A stretch of 32,000 nt of DNA, taken from Nitrosospira multiformis ATCC 25196 (GTDB lineage: Bacteria > Pseudomonadota > Gammaproteobacteria > Burkholderiales > Nitrosomonadaceae). The translations under genes were made by a program, and so were the position numbers. Below, in pieces: positions 1 to 9,682 of the stretch (within the stretch, counting starts at the first letter, position 1; each line of letters starts with the position of its first letter). The stretch covers positions 1,320,001 to 1,352,000 of the forward strand of contig NC_007614.1 of the NCBI RefSeq assembly GCF_000196355.1. The letters are read 5' to 3'. Below the pieces are notes generated by a model. That model was not told where the DNA came from. It saw only the letters and a program-made list of their open reading frames with translations, and made no database searches.

Positions 1-2
1 CC

Positions 3-578
3 TATTTCAATGATCTGCTGGCGGATCTGGTGGAGGTCAAGCCCGAACAAGTGGAATCTGTTCTACGCGATCATGGCCAGAAGGCTGATTTCAAGGTGTT
101 GCAATTGGGCGGGGGTGAGTGTGCGGGCATAGTACAGACAAGGACGGGCACGAGCTTTTTCGAAGCGGCACATGAGCGCAATTATCGGGATGCGCTCAAG
201 TTTCAACTGAAATTTGCCGATTCTGTTGGGTGCGCCGAAGAAATTGCGCGCCTGCTCGCACAAGGTACGCTGGAACTGATTGGCGGCCAGAAGCGCGACG
301 ACTTGTCGGATTTGGCGGAGGAATTCCGACGTTTGCTGCCCACCAAGCCGCGGCTGTCCCGGCAGTTGGCCAAATTTGCGGAAGATTTCGCGAGCCCTGC
401 GGAAGAGTTGAATGACGCTCGCCTGACCGAGTGGTTTGCCGAATTGGATACGTGGACGATGGAGGTCGCGCAGTTCTGCCTGGATTTCGACCGTGGGCTC
501 GATCTGGAGGGTGCGCTGCCGAGGCCGCTTCCCGCGAAGTCAGCGTTGGGACGGGTACCTTCATCGGCAACTGTCTGA
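3..578 (+). CDS. C-terminal part of a protein truncated by the window edge; probable nitrite/sulfite reductase C-terminal extension
   Basis: Frame is open from base 3 (YFNDLLADLVEVKPEQ...) so the GTG at 30 is not the real start; located immediately upstream of cysH-cysD-cysN. Assignment rests mainly on gene context. Confidence 0.35.
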   Translation, partial: YFNDLLADLVEVKPEQVESVLRDHGQKADFKVLQLGGGECAGIVQTRTGTSFFEAAHERNYRDALKFQLKFADSVGCAEEIARLLAQGTLELIGGQKRDDLSDLAEEFRRLLPTKPRLSRQLAKFAEDFASPAEELNDARLTEWFAELDTWTMEVAQFCLDFDRGLDLEGALPRPLPAKSALGRVPSSATV

Positions 579-620
579 TTAACTCGATGAATGATTGGCC
601 GGGAATGATTGGTTGAGGAC

Positions 621-1379
621 ATGAGCCTGGATCAAAAAATTGCAGAGGTGCGAACCCTGCTCGAGAGGGTGCAGAAAGATTATTTGCCTGCCACTTTCGC
701 AAACAGTTTCGGCGCTGAGGATATGGTGCTGACCGATCTCATTGCGCGGCATTATCCGGATATCGAAATGTTCACATTGGATACCGGACGGCTTCCGCAG
801 GAAACCTATGACCTCATGCAGCAGGTTACCGAGCGGTACGGCATCCGGATTCCAGTCTATTTTCCGGATGCTGCCGCAGTGGAAGCGTACGTGGCGCAGA
901 ACGGCCCCAATGCGTTTTACGACAGCGTGGATTTGCGCAAGAAGTGCTGCCACATCCGCAAGGTCGAACCATTGAAACGGGCCTTGAGGGATAAGCGCGC
1001 ATGGATTACCGGTTTGCGCCGGGATCAGGCGCCCACGCGGAAGGGTTTGGTCGAATCGGAGTTCGATGCCGAGAACGGTCTGCAAAAATTCAGCCCTTTG
1101 CTGGACTGGAGCCAGGCTGACGTGTGGGCGTATCTCAAGCAGTTCGATGTGCCATACAACGCTCTGCACGACAAAGGTTACACGAGTATCGGATGCGCTC
1201 CTTGCACTCGCGCCATTACCCCCGGTGAGGATGTTCGTGCGGGCCGCTGGTGGTGGGAGGATCCGGAAATCAAGGAATGTGGCCTGCATCCTGGCAAAAA
1301 ACGCGGCGCCCATAATATCGCCAGCGCAACTACTGCCGGTTCAGGCGCGGCAGTAAAGGATCTGGCTGTTTCAGACTGA
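621..1379 (+). CDS. cysH: Assimilatory adenylyl-sulfate (APS) reductase, CysH family
   Basis: AEVRTLLERVQKDY..ANSFGAEDMVLTDLI; Fe-S signature KKCCHIRKVEPL plus GCAPCTR, and ECGLH C-terminal motif. ATG at 621 preferred to the TTG at 609. Confidence 0.92.
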   Translation: MSLDQKIAEVRTLLERVQKDYLPATFANSFGAEDMVLTDLIARHYPDIEMFTLDTGRLPQETYDLMQQVTERYGIRIPVYFPDAAAVEAYVAQNGPNAFYDSVDLRKKCCHIRKVEPLKRALRDKRAWITGLRRDQAPTRKGLVESEFDAENGLQKFSPLLDWSQADVWAYLKQFDVPYNALHDKGYTSIGCAPCTRAITPGEDVRAGRWWWEDPEIKECGLHPGKKRGAHNIASATTAGSGAAVKDLAVSD

Positions 1380-1500
1380 ATACGGGATCCCGGAAAGCGG
1401 GAATAAAAGACATCGGCGGGCACAGTAGGAATAATAAGCAGGGATAGTAGGGACGAAGGAATTGCGTGGAGCGCCTCCTGAACTGAATGGGGATTGTTTG

Positions 1501-2502
1501 ATGGACGTTATTTTGAATCAAATGGATGAATTTGCACCTGTTGCAGGACCGGTTGCAGGTCTTGTGATGAAGAATGAACCCGTCGTCATCAAGCGGCGTG
1601 CCGCGCGACAACTTAGCCACCTTGAAGCACTGGAAAGCGAAGCAATCCATATCATGCGCGAGGTCGCGGCCGAGTGTGCCAATCCAGCTCTACTCTTTTC
1701 CGGTGGCAAGGACTCGATTGTTCTTCTGCGTCTGGCGGAAAAGGCTTTCCGTCCCGGACGTTTCCCGTTTCCTTTGATGCATGTCGATACCGGCCATAAT
1801 TTTCCGGAAGTGATCGAGTTTCGTGACCGCCGTGTCAAACAGCTCGGTGAGCGCTTAATTGTTGCCAGCATGGAAGACTCGATCAAGCAGGGAAGGGTGG
1901 TGCTGCGCTCGGAAAATCAGAGCCGTAATCCCTTTCAATCCGTGACGCTGCTGGATGCCATCGCCGAACACGGTTTCGATGCCTGCATTGGCGGCGCCCG
2001 GCGCGACGAGGAGAAAGCTCGGGCAAAGGAACGCATATTCTCCTTCCGGGATGAATTCGGCCAATGGGATCCGAAGAATCAGCGCCCGGAATTATGGGAT
2101 CTTTACAATGCAAGAGTTCATCCGGGAGAAAATATCCGCGTATTTCCCATCAGCAACTGGACGGAACTCGATGTGTGGGAATACATTTCACGCGAGGGGC
2201 TGGAGGTGCCGCATATCTATTTCGCCCACAGGCGTGATGTCATCCGGCGCGGCAGTGGGCTTTTGCCGATATCCCACCTGGTTCAGCCGAAGGAAGGGGA
2301 AAAGGTTGAAAATCTCATGGTGCGCTTCCGGACGGTGGGTGACATGAGCTGCACCTGTCCGGTGGAGTCGGCAGCGGTCGGTATTGGGGAAATCATTGCA
2401 GAGACGGCGGTTACGCGAATTACCGAGCGGGGTGCAACGCGCATGGACGACCAGACATCGGAGGCTTCCATGGAGTTGCGCAAGAGAGAAGGATATTTCT
2501 GA
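1501..2502 (+). CDS. cysD: Sulfate adenylyltransferase subunit 2
   Basis: LEALESEAIHIMREVAAECANPALLFSGGKDSIVLLRLAEKAF (PP-loop SGGKDS) and C-terminal RKREGYF. ATG at 1501 preferred to the upstream GTG. Confidence 0.93.
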   Translation: MDVILNQMDEFAPVAGPVAGLVMKNEPVVIKRRAARQLSHLEALESEAIHIMREVAAECANPALLFSGGKDSIVLLRLAEKAFRPGRFPFPLMHVDTGHNFPEVIEFRDRRVKQLGERLIVASMEDSIKQGRVVLRSENQSRNPFQSVTLLDAIAEHGFDACIGGARRDEEKARAKERIFSFRDEFGQWDPKNQRPELWDLYNARVHPGENIRVFPISNWTELDVWEYISREGLEVPHIYFAHRRDVIRRGSGLLPISHLVQPKEGEKVENLMVRFRTVGDMSCTCPVESAAVGIGEIIAETAVTRITERGATRMDDQTSEASMELRKREGYF

Positions 2503-2643
2503 GAGGCGTTGCCATCTCCCGAGCGACTCCGGTTTTCCTTTTTTAAGATGACAGCTTCTGAAAGCAGGTAATCTCCGATCTTGTTTCATCTTTGCTTCAG
2601 TTTATAAAGTAACGGGAAAGCAGAATTTCAAGACGAGTGTTAA

Positions 2644-3927
2644 ATGTCAGCTATTGAAAATATTTCTTTCGATCATTCGGAATTGTTGCGTTTCATTACC
2701 GCAGGTAGTGTGGATGACGGCAAAAGCACGCTGATCGGGCGCTTGCTGCATGACTCAAAATCGATTTTTGAAGATCAGTTGAGCGCGATCACCCATACTT
2801 CGCGCAAGCGCGGGATGGAGGCTGTCGATCTGTCGCTGCTCACCGATGGCCTCCAGGCAGAGCGCGAACAAGGCATTACCATCGATGTGGCCTATCGTTA
2901 CTTCGCCACTCCCAAGCGCAAATTCATCATTGCTGACACGCCAGGCCATGAGCAATATACCCGCAACATGGTGACCGGCGCTTCCACCGCCAATCTTGCC
3001 ATTATCCTGATCGATGCGCGCAAGGGTGTGCTCACGCAATCCCGCCGTCATGCCTACCTCGCCAGCCTCGTCGGTATTCCTCATCTGGTGGTGGCGGTAA
3101 ACAAGATGGATCTGGTGAATTACTCCCGGGATGTATTTGAACGAATCTGCCAGGAGTTTCACCGTTTCGTTGCCGGGCTCAATCTGAAAAACATCGCCTA
3201 TATTCCGATGTCCGCGCTCAACGGCGATATGGTAGTCGAGCGCGGCAACAACCTCGGCTGGTACGAAGGCATGACGTTGATGGATTTACTGGAAAAGGTT
3301 CCGGTCGACCATGACATCAACCTTGAAGATTTTCGCTTTCCCGTGCAATTGGTGTGTCGCCCGCAAACGGAGGAATGGCACGACTTTCGGGGCTACATGG
3401 GCCGTATCGAATCCGGTTCCATCAGTGTGGGTGACGAGGTGCAGGTTCTGCCCTCCGGCTTGACTTCGCGCATCAAGGAGATTGTTACCTATGAAGGAAA
3501 TGTCGAGGAGGCAGTTGCGCCCCAGTCGGTAACGCTGACGATTGAAGATCATCTGGACATATCAAGGGGAGACATGCTGGTAAAAATTTCCCAGCTTCCC
3601 CAGGTTACAAGAGAATTTGATGCGATGCTGTGCTGGTTGTCTGAGCAGAGCCTCGATCCCCGACGCAAATACCTGATCAAGCATTCTACACGGCTGGTAA
3701 AAGCCGTCATATCCCGCATAGAGTACCGGCTGGATATCAATACCCTGAAACATGAAGGCGCCGATATTCTCAAAATGAATGACATTGCGCGGGTATCGCT
3801 CAAGGTTCATCAACCTCTCGTATGGGATGCATATCAGCGTAACCATGCCACCGGCAGCTTCATCGTGATTGATGAGGTTACGAACAATACCGTGGCCGCA
3901 GGGATGATTTGCCCTTCAAAAGGTTAG
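2644..3927 (+). CDS. cysN: Sulfate adenylyltransferase subunit 1 (GTPase)
   Basis: GTPase motifs GSVDDGKSTLIG, DTPGHEQYTRNM, NKMDLV; RFITAGSVDDGKSTLIGRLLHDSK is typical CysN. Confidence 0.95.
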   Translation: MSAIENISFDHSELLRFITAGSVDDGKSTLIGRLLHDSKSIFEDQLSAITHTSRKRGMEAVDLSLLTDGLQAEREQGITIDVAYRYFATPKRKFIIADTPGHEQYTRNMVTGASTANLAIILIDARKGVLTQSRRHAYLASLVGIPHLVVAVNKMDLVNYSRDVFERICQEFHRFVAGLNLKNIAYIPMSALNGDMVVERGNNLGWYEGMTLMDLLEKVPVDHDINLEDFRFPVQLVCRPQTEEWHDFRGYMGRIESGSISVGDEVQVLPSGLTSRIKEIVTYEGNVEEAVAPQSVTLTIEDHLDISRGDMLVKISQLPQVTREFDAMLCWLSEQSLDPRRKYLIKHSTRLVKAVISRIEYRLDINTLKHEGADILKMNDIARVSLKVHQPLVWDAYQRNHATGSFIVIDEVTNNTVAAGMICPSKG

Positions 3928-4192
3928 GGTCGGTAAGCCCGAGGGCTGTCAGGAAGTAGCAGGTGTTTTAATGCTGCAGGACTGGCAGCAACACAGTCCG
4001 GATAGCTCAACAAGGCGTATGGGGAGATAAGGGGCGGATAAGGGGAACAGGACCTTGCCGCTTTTGTATTTTTAAAGCGGGAAAAAGCACAAACTGAAAA
4101 GGGATATAAAACTTTTCGTATGTAATCAGTGTTGATGGCTGATGTTTTTTGCCCCTTTTTGATTTCACTTATAACTTTTGAATGACTTTATC

Positions 4193-7100
4193 ATGACAAG
4201 TTTACAATCGCCGCTTCACCCGGCACAGGTATCTGACGTTCCATCTCCGGCGCTGGGGTTTGGCATGGCTTTTGCCGACCTGTATCGTCGGGAAGGGCTG
4301 GTGAGACTGGACCAGGCATTCCTTGGTTTTCTCGATGAAGGAGAGCCGGGACTGCGTCTTCGTCTGGAGCATGCGCGAATCCAACCCGATCATCTCGATC
4401 GCAAGGAAGAAGCTGCACTGCTGATTGAAGTCGCGCCCTGGATGGAGGATTTCATTGCCAAGCTGTTCGGCATAGAGAAAGAAGCCGGAGCGCTTGCCGC
4501 ACGTCATCATCAGCTCGCCCCCCTTTATTCCTGCAAGAGGCTCTTCGTGCAGCGGCGCGCCATGAACAAGGTCAGTGAGGCGGATGCCGCCGCAGTGGAT
4601 GGTGTTGCACTGGAAGCAAAACTGGTGGCCGAATTCGGCACTTCTTTCTCGGAGCTGGCTTTTGCAACAAAAGTGACGGAATGGCTGCTGGACGAGGGCG
4701 CGAATGAAGACCGCCTCAAGGATGCCTTGCTGTATGCCGCCTGGGCGTTGAAGACTCCTGCGGGGCGGGAGCGCAATGCAACTGGCGTATTGTTCAAGGC
4801 CCCGGCCAAGCTCGATTTCCTGCATCTGCTGTCAACGGAAACGGACACGTCGGCAGGTTATACGATTCACAAGCTTCATCATATACGCCGCCGCGAAGGA
4901 TTTTCCCTCACCGACCGGGGAACCGACCTCGTGGGAGCCCTGGATGAGGCGAATTATTGCATCTGGTGCCATGAACAGGGGAAGGATTCCTGTTCCAAGG
5001 GAATGAAAGAAAAACAAAAAACGCCCGATGAACCTGTTACCTTCAAGAAAAGCCAGCTTGGCGTGCTGCTGACAGGCTGTCCCCTGGAAGAGCGCATTTC
5101 GGAATTTCACAAACTCAAGACGCAGGGCGTGGCGATAGGCGGCCTGGCAATGATTGTCATCGACAACCCCATGTGTGCCGGCACGGGTCACCGTATCTGC
5201 AATGACTGCATGAAATCATGCATTTATCAGAAGCAGGAACCGGTCGATATCCCGCAGGCCGAGACGCGCACCCTCAAGGATGTCCTGGAACTGCCCTGGG
5301 GATTCGAGATATACAGCCTCCTGACTCGCTGGAATCCGCTCAATCTGCGCCGCCCTGTGCCGAAAGCACCGACGGGGCGCAAGGTGCTGGTGGTGGGCAT
5401 GGGACCAGCGGGATATACCCTGGCGCATCATTTGATGAACGACGGCCATACCGTGGTTGGAATCGATGGTCTTAAGATCGAGCCCCTGGAACCGGAACTC
5501 TCCGGCGTGAACAAGCAGGGAGAGCACGTTCCGTTCAGGGCCATCCGCAATGCGGATGAGTTGGCAGAGAATCTGGATGAGCGCCTGCCCGGGGGGTTCG
5601 GCGGTGTTGCAGAATACGGCATCACCGTCCGCTGGGACAAGAACTTTCTCAAGCTGATCCGCCTGCTTCTCGAGCGGCGGGAAGAGTTTGCGCTTTTTGG
5701 CGGTGTCCGCTTCGGCGGAACACTCACCGCGGACGATGCGTTTGCCATGGGATTCGATCATGTAGCGCTCGCCGCAGGAGCAGGACGTCCTACCGTGCTC
5801 GATTTGCCCAATGGCCTGGCGCGCGGGGTTCGCGCTGCGTCCGATTTCCTGATGGCATTGCAGTTGACCGGGGCTGCTCAGAGCAACTCGGTTGCCAACA
5901 TGCAGTTGCGCCTGCCGGTGGTGGTCATCGGCGGGGGGTTGACGGCCATCGATACCGCGACCGAAGCGCTGGCATACTATCCCGTGCAAGTGGACAAGTT
6001 CCTCCGCCGCTATGAAATTCTTGTTGCCGTCCAGGGCGAAGCAGCGATCCGTGGAGCCTGGGATGAGGAAGAACGAGAAATTGCCGAGGAGTTTCTCGGC
6101 CATGCCCGCGCCATTCGGGCAGAGCGCAAGGAAGCGGAACGGGAAGGACGCGCCCCGCGAATACTTGAGTTGCTGCAATCCTGGGGAGGCGCGACGATCG
6201 CTTATCGAAAACGCCTCATCGACAGCCCTTCCTACACGCTCAACCATGAAGAAGTCGAAAAAGCCATGGAGGAGGGCATATGGTTTGCCGAAGGGCTCAC
6301 TCCCGTCCGCGTGGATACCGATAGATGGGAGCACGCGAAGGCTGTGCATTTTGCGGTACAGGCGCTCGACGAAACCGGTTCCTGGCAGAAAACCGGGCAA
6401 GCCGTATTGCCTGCACGCGCTGTTCTGGTCGCGGCGGGCACGCAGCCCAATACGGTGCTTGCCCGGGAGGACGATAAACATTTCAAGCTGCATGGACGCT
6501 ATTTTGCCGCCTGCGATGAAAACGGCGATCCGGCAAGTCCGGCACGCGGGAATCCCAAGCCCGAGCATCCCACCGTACTGCTGAGCCGTAACGAGGATGG
6601 GCGTTTCATCAGCTTCTTCGGCGACCTGCATCCGTCCTATTCGGGGAATGTGGTGAAAGCGATGTCCAGCGCCAAGCAGGGTTATCCGGTGGTCAGCCAC
6701 GTGCTTGACCGCCTGCCACCCGCTTCCACGAAGCCTGCCTGGCTGTTTTTTGCAGAGATCAATGGCCGGCTGCGCGCAACCGTGCACAAAGTCGAACGCC
6801 TCACGCCCAATATCGTGGAGGTCGTCGTGCATGCGCCGATGGCAGTGGAACGCTTTCATCCGGGGCAATTCTATCGCTTCCAGAATTTTGCAACGCTTGC
6901 CACAACCGCAGGCGATACCAAACTTGCGATGGAAGGCATTGCGCTTACCGGCGCCTCGGTGGATGTTTCCCGCGGGCTGGTTTCGCTCATTGCACTGGAG
7001 ATGGGCGGGTCCGCGGATTTATGTGCAAGACTCAATCCGGGAGATCCTGTCGTTCTGATGGGCCCGACCGGCACGCCTACAGAGATTCTGCCGGATGAGA

Positions 7101-7771
7101 CCGTGGCACTGGTGGGCGGGGGACTGGGGAATGCCGTGCTGTTCTCCATCGGTGCTGCGGCACGGGCTGCGGGATCGAAAATCCTGTATTTTGCAGGCTA
7201 CAAGAAGCTGATCGACCGTTACAAGGTGGCGGAAATCGAGGCTGCGGCCGACGTGGTGATCTGGTGCTGCGATGAAGCGCCGGGTTTCACGCCTTCCAGG
7301 CCGGGTGATTACAGTTTTGTGGGAAACATCGTCGAGGCAATGGCCGCTTACGGAAGCGGCGCGCTGGGACCGCAGAAAATCCGTCTGGCAGATGCCGATC
7401 GCATCATTGCCATTGGTTCCGACAGGATGATGGCGGCCGTAGGCGCTGCCCGCCATACTCGGTTGAAACCCTACCTGAAAACGGATCACTTCGCGATCGG
7501 CTCCATCAACTCGCCGATGCAGTGCATGATGAAGGAAATCTGCGCTCAATGCCTGCAACCCCATAAGGACCCGAAGACCGGAGAAATTACATATGTGTTT
7601 TCGTGCTTCAACCAGGATCAACCGCTCGATCAGGTCGATTTCGGCGGATTGGCGTCGCGTTTGCGCCAGAACAGCGTGCAGGAGAAATTGACCACCCGCT
7701 GGATCAGTCATTGCCTGAAAGAGACGAGCCAGCCGGAACTCGAAGTTTCTGCGGAGCCCGTCTCTAAATAG
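4193..7771 (+). CDS. Large multidomain FAD-dependent pyridine nucleotide-disulfide oxidoreductase with Fe-S motifs and a C-terminal FNR/PyrK-like module
   Basis: Cys clusters CIWCHEQGKDSC, NPMCAGTGHRICNDCMKSCIYQ; dinucleotide fold VLVVGMGPAGYTLAHHL; C-terminal GPTGTPTEI/GGGLGNAVLFSIG and CMMKEICAQCLQ...FSCFN. Confidence 0.85.
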   Translation: MTSLQSPLHPAQVSDVPSPALGFGMAFADLYRREGLVRLDQAFLGFLDEGEPGLRLRLEHARIQPDHLDRKEEAALLIEVAPWMEDFIAKLFGIEKEAGALAARHHQLAPLYSCKRLFVQRRAMNKVSEADAAAVDGVALEAKLVAEFGTSFSELAFATKVTEWLLDEGANEDRLKDALLYAAWALKTPAGRERNATGVLFKAPAKLDFLHLLSTETDTSAGYTIHKLHHIRRREGFSLTDRGTDLVGALDEANYCIWCHEQGKDSCSKGMKEKQKTPDEPVTFKKSQLGVLLTGCPLEERISEFHKLKTQGVAIGGLAMIVIDNPMCAGTGHRICNDCMKSCIYQKQEPVDIPQAETRTLKDVLELPWGFEIYSLLTRWNPLNLRRPVPKAPTGRKVLVVGMGPAGYTLAHHLMNDGHTVVGIDGLKIEPLEPELSGVNKQGEHVPFRAIRNADELAENLDERLPGGFGGVAEYGITVRWDKNFLKLIRLLLERREEFALFGGVRFGGTLTADDAFAMGFDHVALAAGAGRPTVLDLPNGLARGVRAASDFLMALQLTGAAQSNSVANMQLRLPVVVIGGGLTAIDTATEALAYYPVQVDKFLRRYEILVAVQGEAAIRGAWDEEEREIAEEFLGHARAIRAERKEAEREGRAPRILELLQSWGGATIAYRKRLIDSPSYTLNHEEVEKAMEEGIWFAEGLTPVRVDTDRWEHAKAVHFAVQALDETGSWQKTGQAVLPARAVLVAAGTQPNTVLAREDDKHFKLHGRYFAACDENGDPASPARGNPKPEHPTVLLSRNEDGRFISFFGDLHPSYSGNVVKAMSSAKQGYPVVSHVLDRLPPASTKPAWLFFAEINGRLRATVHKVERLTPNIVEVVVHAPMAVERFHPGQFYRFQNFATLATTAGDTKLAMEGIALTGASVDVSRGLVSLIALEMGGSADLCARLNPGDPVVLMGPTGTPTEILPDETVALVGGGLGNAVLFSIGAAARAAGSKILYFAGYKKLIDRYKVAEIEAAADVVIWCCDEAPGFTPSRPGDYSFVGNIVEAMAAYGSGALGPQKIRLADADRIIAIGSDRMMAAVGAARHTRLKPYLKTDHFAIGSINSPMQCMMKEICAQCLQPHKDPKTGEITYVFSCFNQDQPLDQVDFGGLASRLRQNSVQEKLTTRWISHCLKETSQPELEVSAEPVSK

Positions 7772-8034
7772 GGAACATCGCCTTTCCGGAAAACAGGAAT
7801 CCGGGTTTTTTCCAAATCAAAACAATTGCGGGACGGTTCTGCGGGACGATGAAAACGTTGTCCGCAGAGCTTGCCTGCACTTCCGCACTTTCATGAATTG
7901 TTATAACCGGAAGCGCGCAATCGTGATCTTTTCAAGTCCGCTGATCACCCTTGCAAGAGAAAGAACTGGCGGAAAGTTGGAGAAAAGAATCGGTTTTTCA
8001 TTTGATCGAGCACTGCATTGTGCCCAGGTTCATT

Positions 8035-8040
8035 TATAAT
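8035..8040 (+). promoter_or_regulatory. Possible -10 element upstream of pntAA
   Basis: Exact TATAAT at 8035-8040, 100 nt before the ATG; no good -35 at standard spacing. Confidence 0.2.
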
Positions 8041-8139
8041 TCGGGGTTTTTGTTGGAACAGGGCTCCGCGATGGGTGCGAGGGGCTTTTTACCTCGCCAC
8101 CGAGCGTGGCGCATACAAGAAAGATAAAGGGAGATATTC

Positions 8140-9267
8140 ATGCATATAGGAATACCGGCAGAGACCCGTGGGGGAGAAACCCGGGTTGCCGCCACGCCGG
8201 AGACGGTCAAGAAATTTACCGCCAAAGGTTTGCATGTCGTTCTGGTGCAGTCGGGCGCGGGTGCGGGCGCGAGCATAGCGGATGAGGAATACCAGGCTGC
8301 CGGCGCAAGTATCGTGACCGATCCCGGCGAACTGTATGGGCAATCTCAGATCGTGCTCAAGGTGCGGGCCCCCGAAGCGTCTGAACTCGCATTGATGCGC
8401 AAGGATGCCGTATTGGTTGGACTGCTTTCTCCACATCAGGCCGAGGGTATCGAAGTGCTTGCCGCTCACGGTATAACCGCTTTTTCGATGGAGAAACTGC
8501 CGCGTATTTCGCGTGCCCAGAGCATGGATGTGCTGTCGTCACAGGCCAACATCGCCGGATACAAGGCGGTGATCATGGCAGCCAATATCTACCAGAAATT
8601 TTTCCCCATGCTGATGACAGCGGCGGGTACGGTAAAGGCGGCGAGAGTACTGGTTCTGGGCGCAGGAGTGGCGGGATTGCAGGCCATTGCCACCGCCAAA
8701 CGGCTGGGGGCGGTAATCGAAGCATTCGATGTGCGCCCGGCAGCCAAGGAACAGGTGGAAAGCCTGGGCGCCAAGTTTGTCGAGGTTGCGCTCAGCGACG
8801 AGGAAAAGGCGCAAGCGGAAACCGCAGGTGGATACGCGCGGGAAATGTCGGAGGATTACAAACGCCGCCAGGGCGAACTGGTGCACCAGCGCGCCTCTGC
8901 AGCCGACATCATCATTACGACGGCGCTGATTCCCGGCCGTCCGGCCCCCGTGCTGATCCGGGAAGAAACGGTGCAGGCGATGAAACCGGGTTCCGTCATT
9001 GTCGACCTGGCGGTTGAAGCCGGTGGCAACTGTCCCTTGTCTGAATTGAACAAGGTCGTCGTGAAACATGGCGTGCATCTCGTCGGCATTGCCAATCTGC
9101 CCGGACTGGTAGCCGCCGATTCCAGCGCCCTGTATGCGCGCAACCTGATGAATTTCGTGAACCTGATGCTCGATGCAAAGACAGGCGAACTCAACATAAA
9201 TCGTGAAGACGAAATCATCGCCGGAACCTTGGTATGCGCCAACGGGGAAGTCATCGGGAAAACCTGA
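8140..9267 (+). CDS. pntAA: Proton-translocating NAD(P)+ transhydrogenase, subunit alpha part 1
   Basis: MHIGIPAETRGGETRVAATPETVKKF, DEEYQAAGASIV, and ARVLVLGAGVAGLQAIATAKRLGAVIEAFDVRP. Confidence 0.93.
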   Translation: MHIGIPAETRGGETRVAATPETVKKFTAKGLHVVLVQSGAGAGASIADEEYQAAGASIVTDPGELYGQSQIVLKVRAPEASELALMRKDAVLVGLLSPHQAEGIEVLAAHGITAFSMEKLPRISRAQSMDVLSSQANIAGYKAVIMAANIYQKFFPMLMTAAGTVKAARVLVLGAGVAGLQAIATAKRLGAVIEAFDVRPAAKEQVESLGAKFVEVALSDEEKAQAETAGGYAREMSEDYKRRQGELVHQRASAADIIITTALIPGRPAPVLIREETVQAMKPGSVIVDLAVEAGGNCPLSELNKVVVKHGVHLVGIANLPGLVAADSSALYARNLMNFVNLMLDAKTGELNINREDEIIAGTLVCANGEVIGKT

Positions 9268-9373
9268 AGGAAAACACGCCTCGGACTGAAAAGCACCGCC
9301 TGTGTCTTAACCGTTGCTTTTCCTCCCCCGGTTCGTGTCCTGGTAAAAAGTTAACAGATTAGAAGGAGCGATC

Positions 9374-9679
9374 ATGATTGGTGAAATTGACCCGACCATT
9401 ATTAATCTCACCGTATTCGTGCTGGCCGTGTTCGTGGGTTATCACGTAGTCTGGAATGTGACCCCGGCCCTGCACACGCCATTGATGTCGGTGACCAACG
9501 CGATTTCCGGCATTATTCTCGTCGGCGCCATGCTCGCCGCGGGGCCGGCGGAAACCGACTGGGGCGTATGGCTGGGGGCTGCCGCGGTAACCCTGGCCGC
9601 GATCAATGTATTCGGGGGATTTCTCGTTACCCAGCGGATGCTGGAAATGTTCAGAAAAAAAGATAAAAAAGGAAGCTAG
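9374..9679 (+). CDS. pntAB: NAD(P) transhydrogenase subunit alpha part 2 (membrane)
   Basis: [42 protein letters not shown]; between pntAA and pntB. Confidence 0.92.
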   Translation: MIGEIDPTIINLTVFVLAVFVGYHVVWNVTPALHTPLMSVTNAISGIILVGAMLAAGPAETDWGVWLGAAAVTLAAINVFGGFLVTQRMLEMFRKKDKKGS

Positions 9680-9682
9680 TCA

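Noticed and set aside
4026-4045. Direct repeat GATAAGGGG x2 downstream of cysN
   Set aside because: Only two 9-nt copies in low-complexity purine-rich sequence; no evidence of function.
4053-4080. CCGCTTT...AAAGCGG inverted repeat as a cysN terminator
   Set aside because: Short stem without a following T tract on the plus strand; too weak to call.
5216-6868. 550-codon minus-strand ORF opposite the large oxidoreductase
   Set aside because: Fully antisense to a well-supported gene with clear family motifs; the translation has no recognisable domain and reflects high-GC codon bias.
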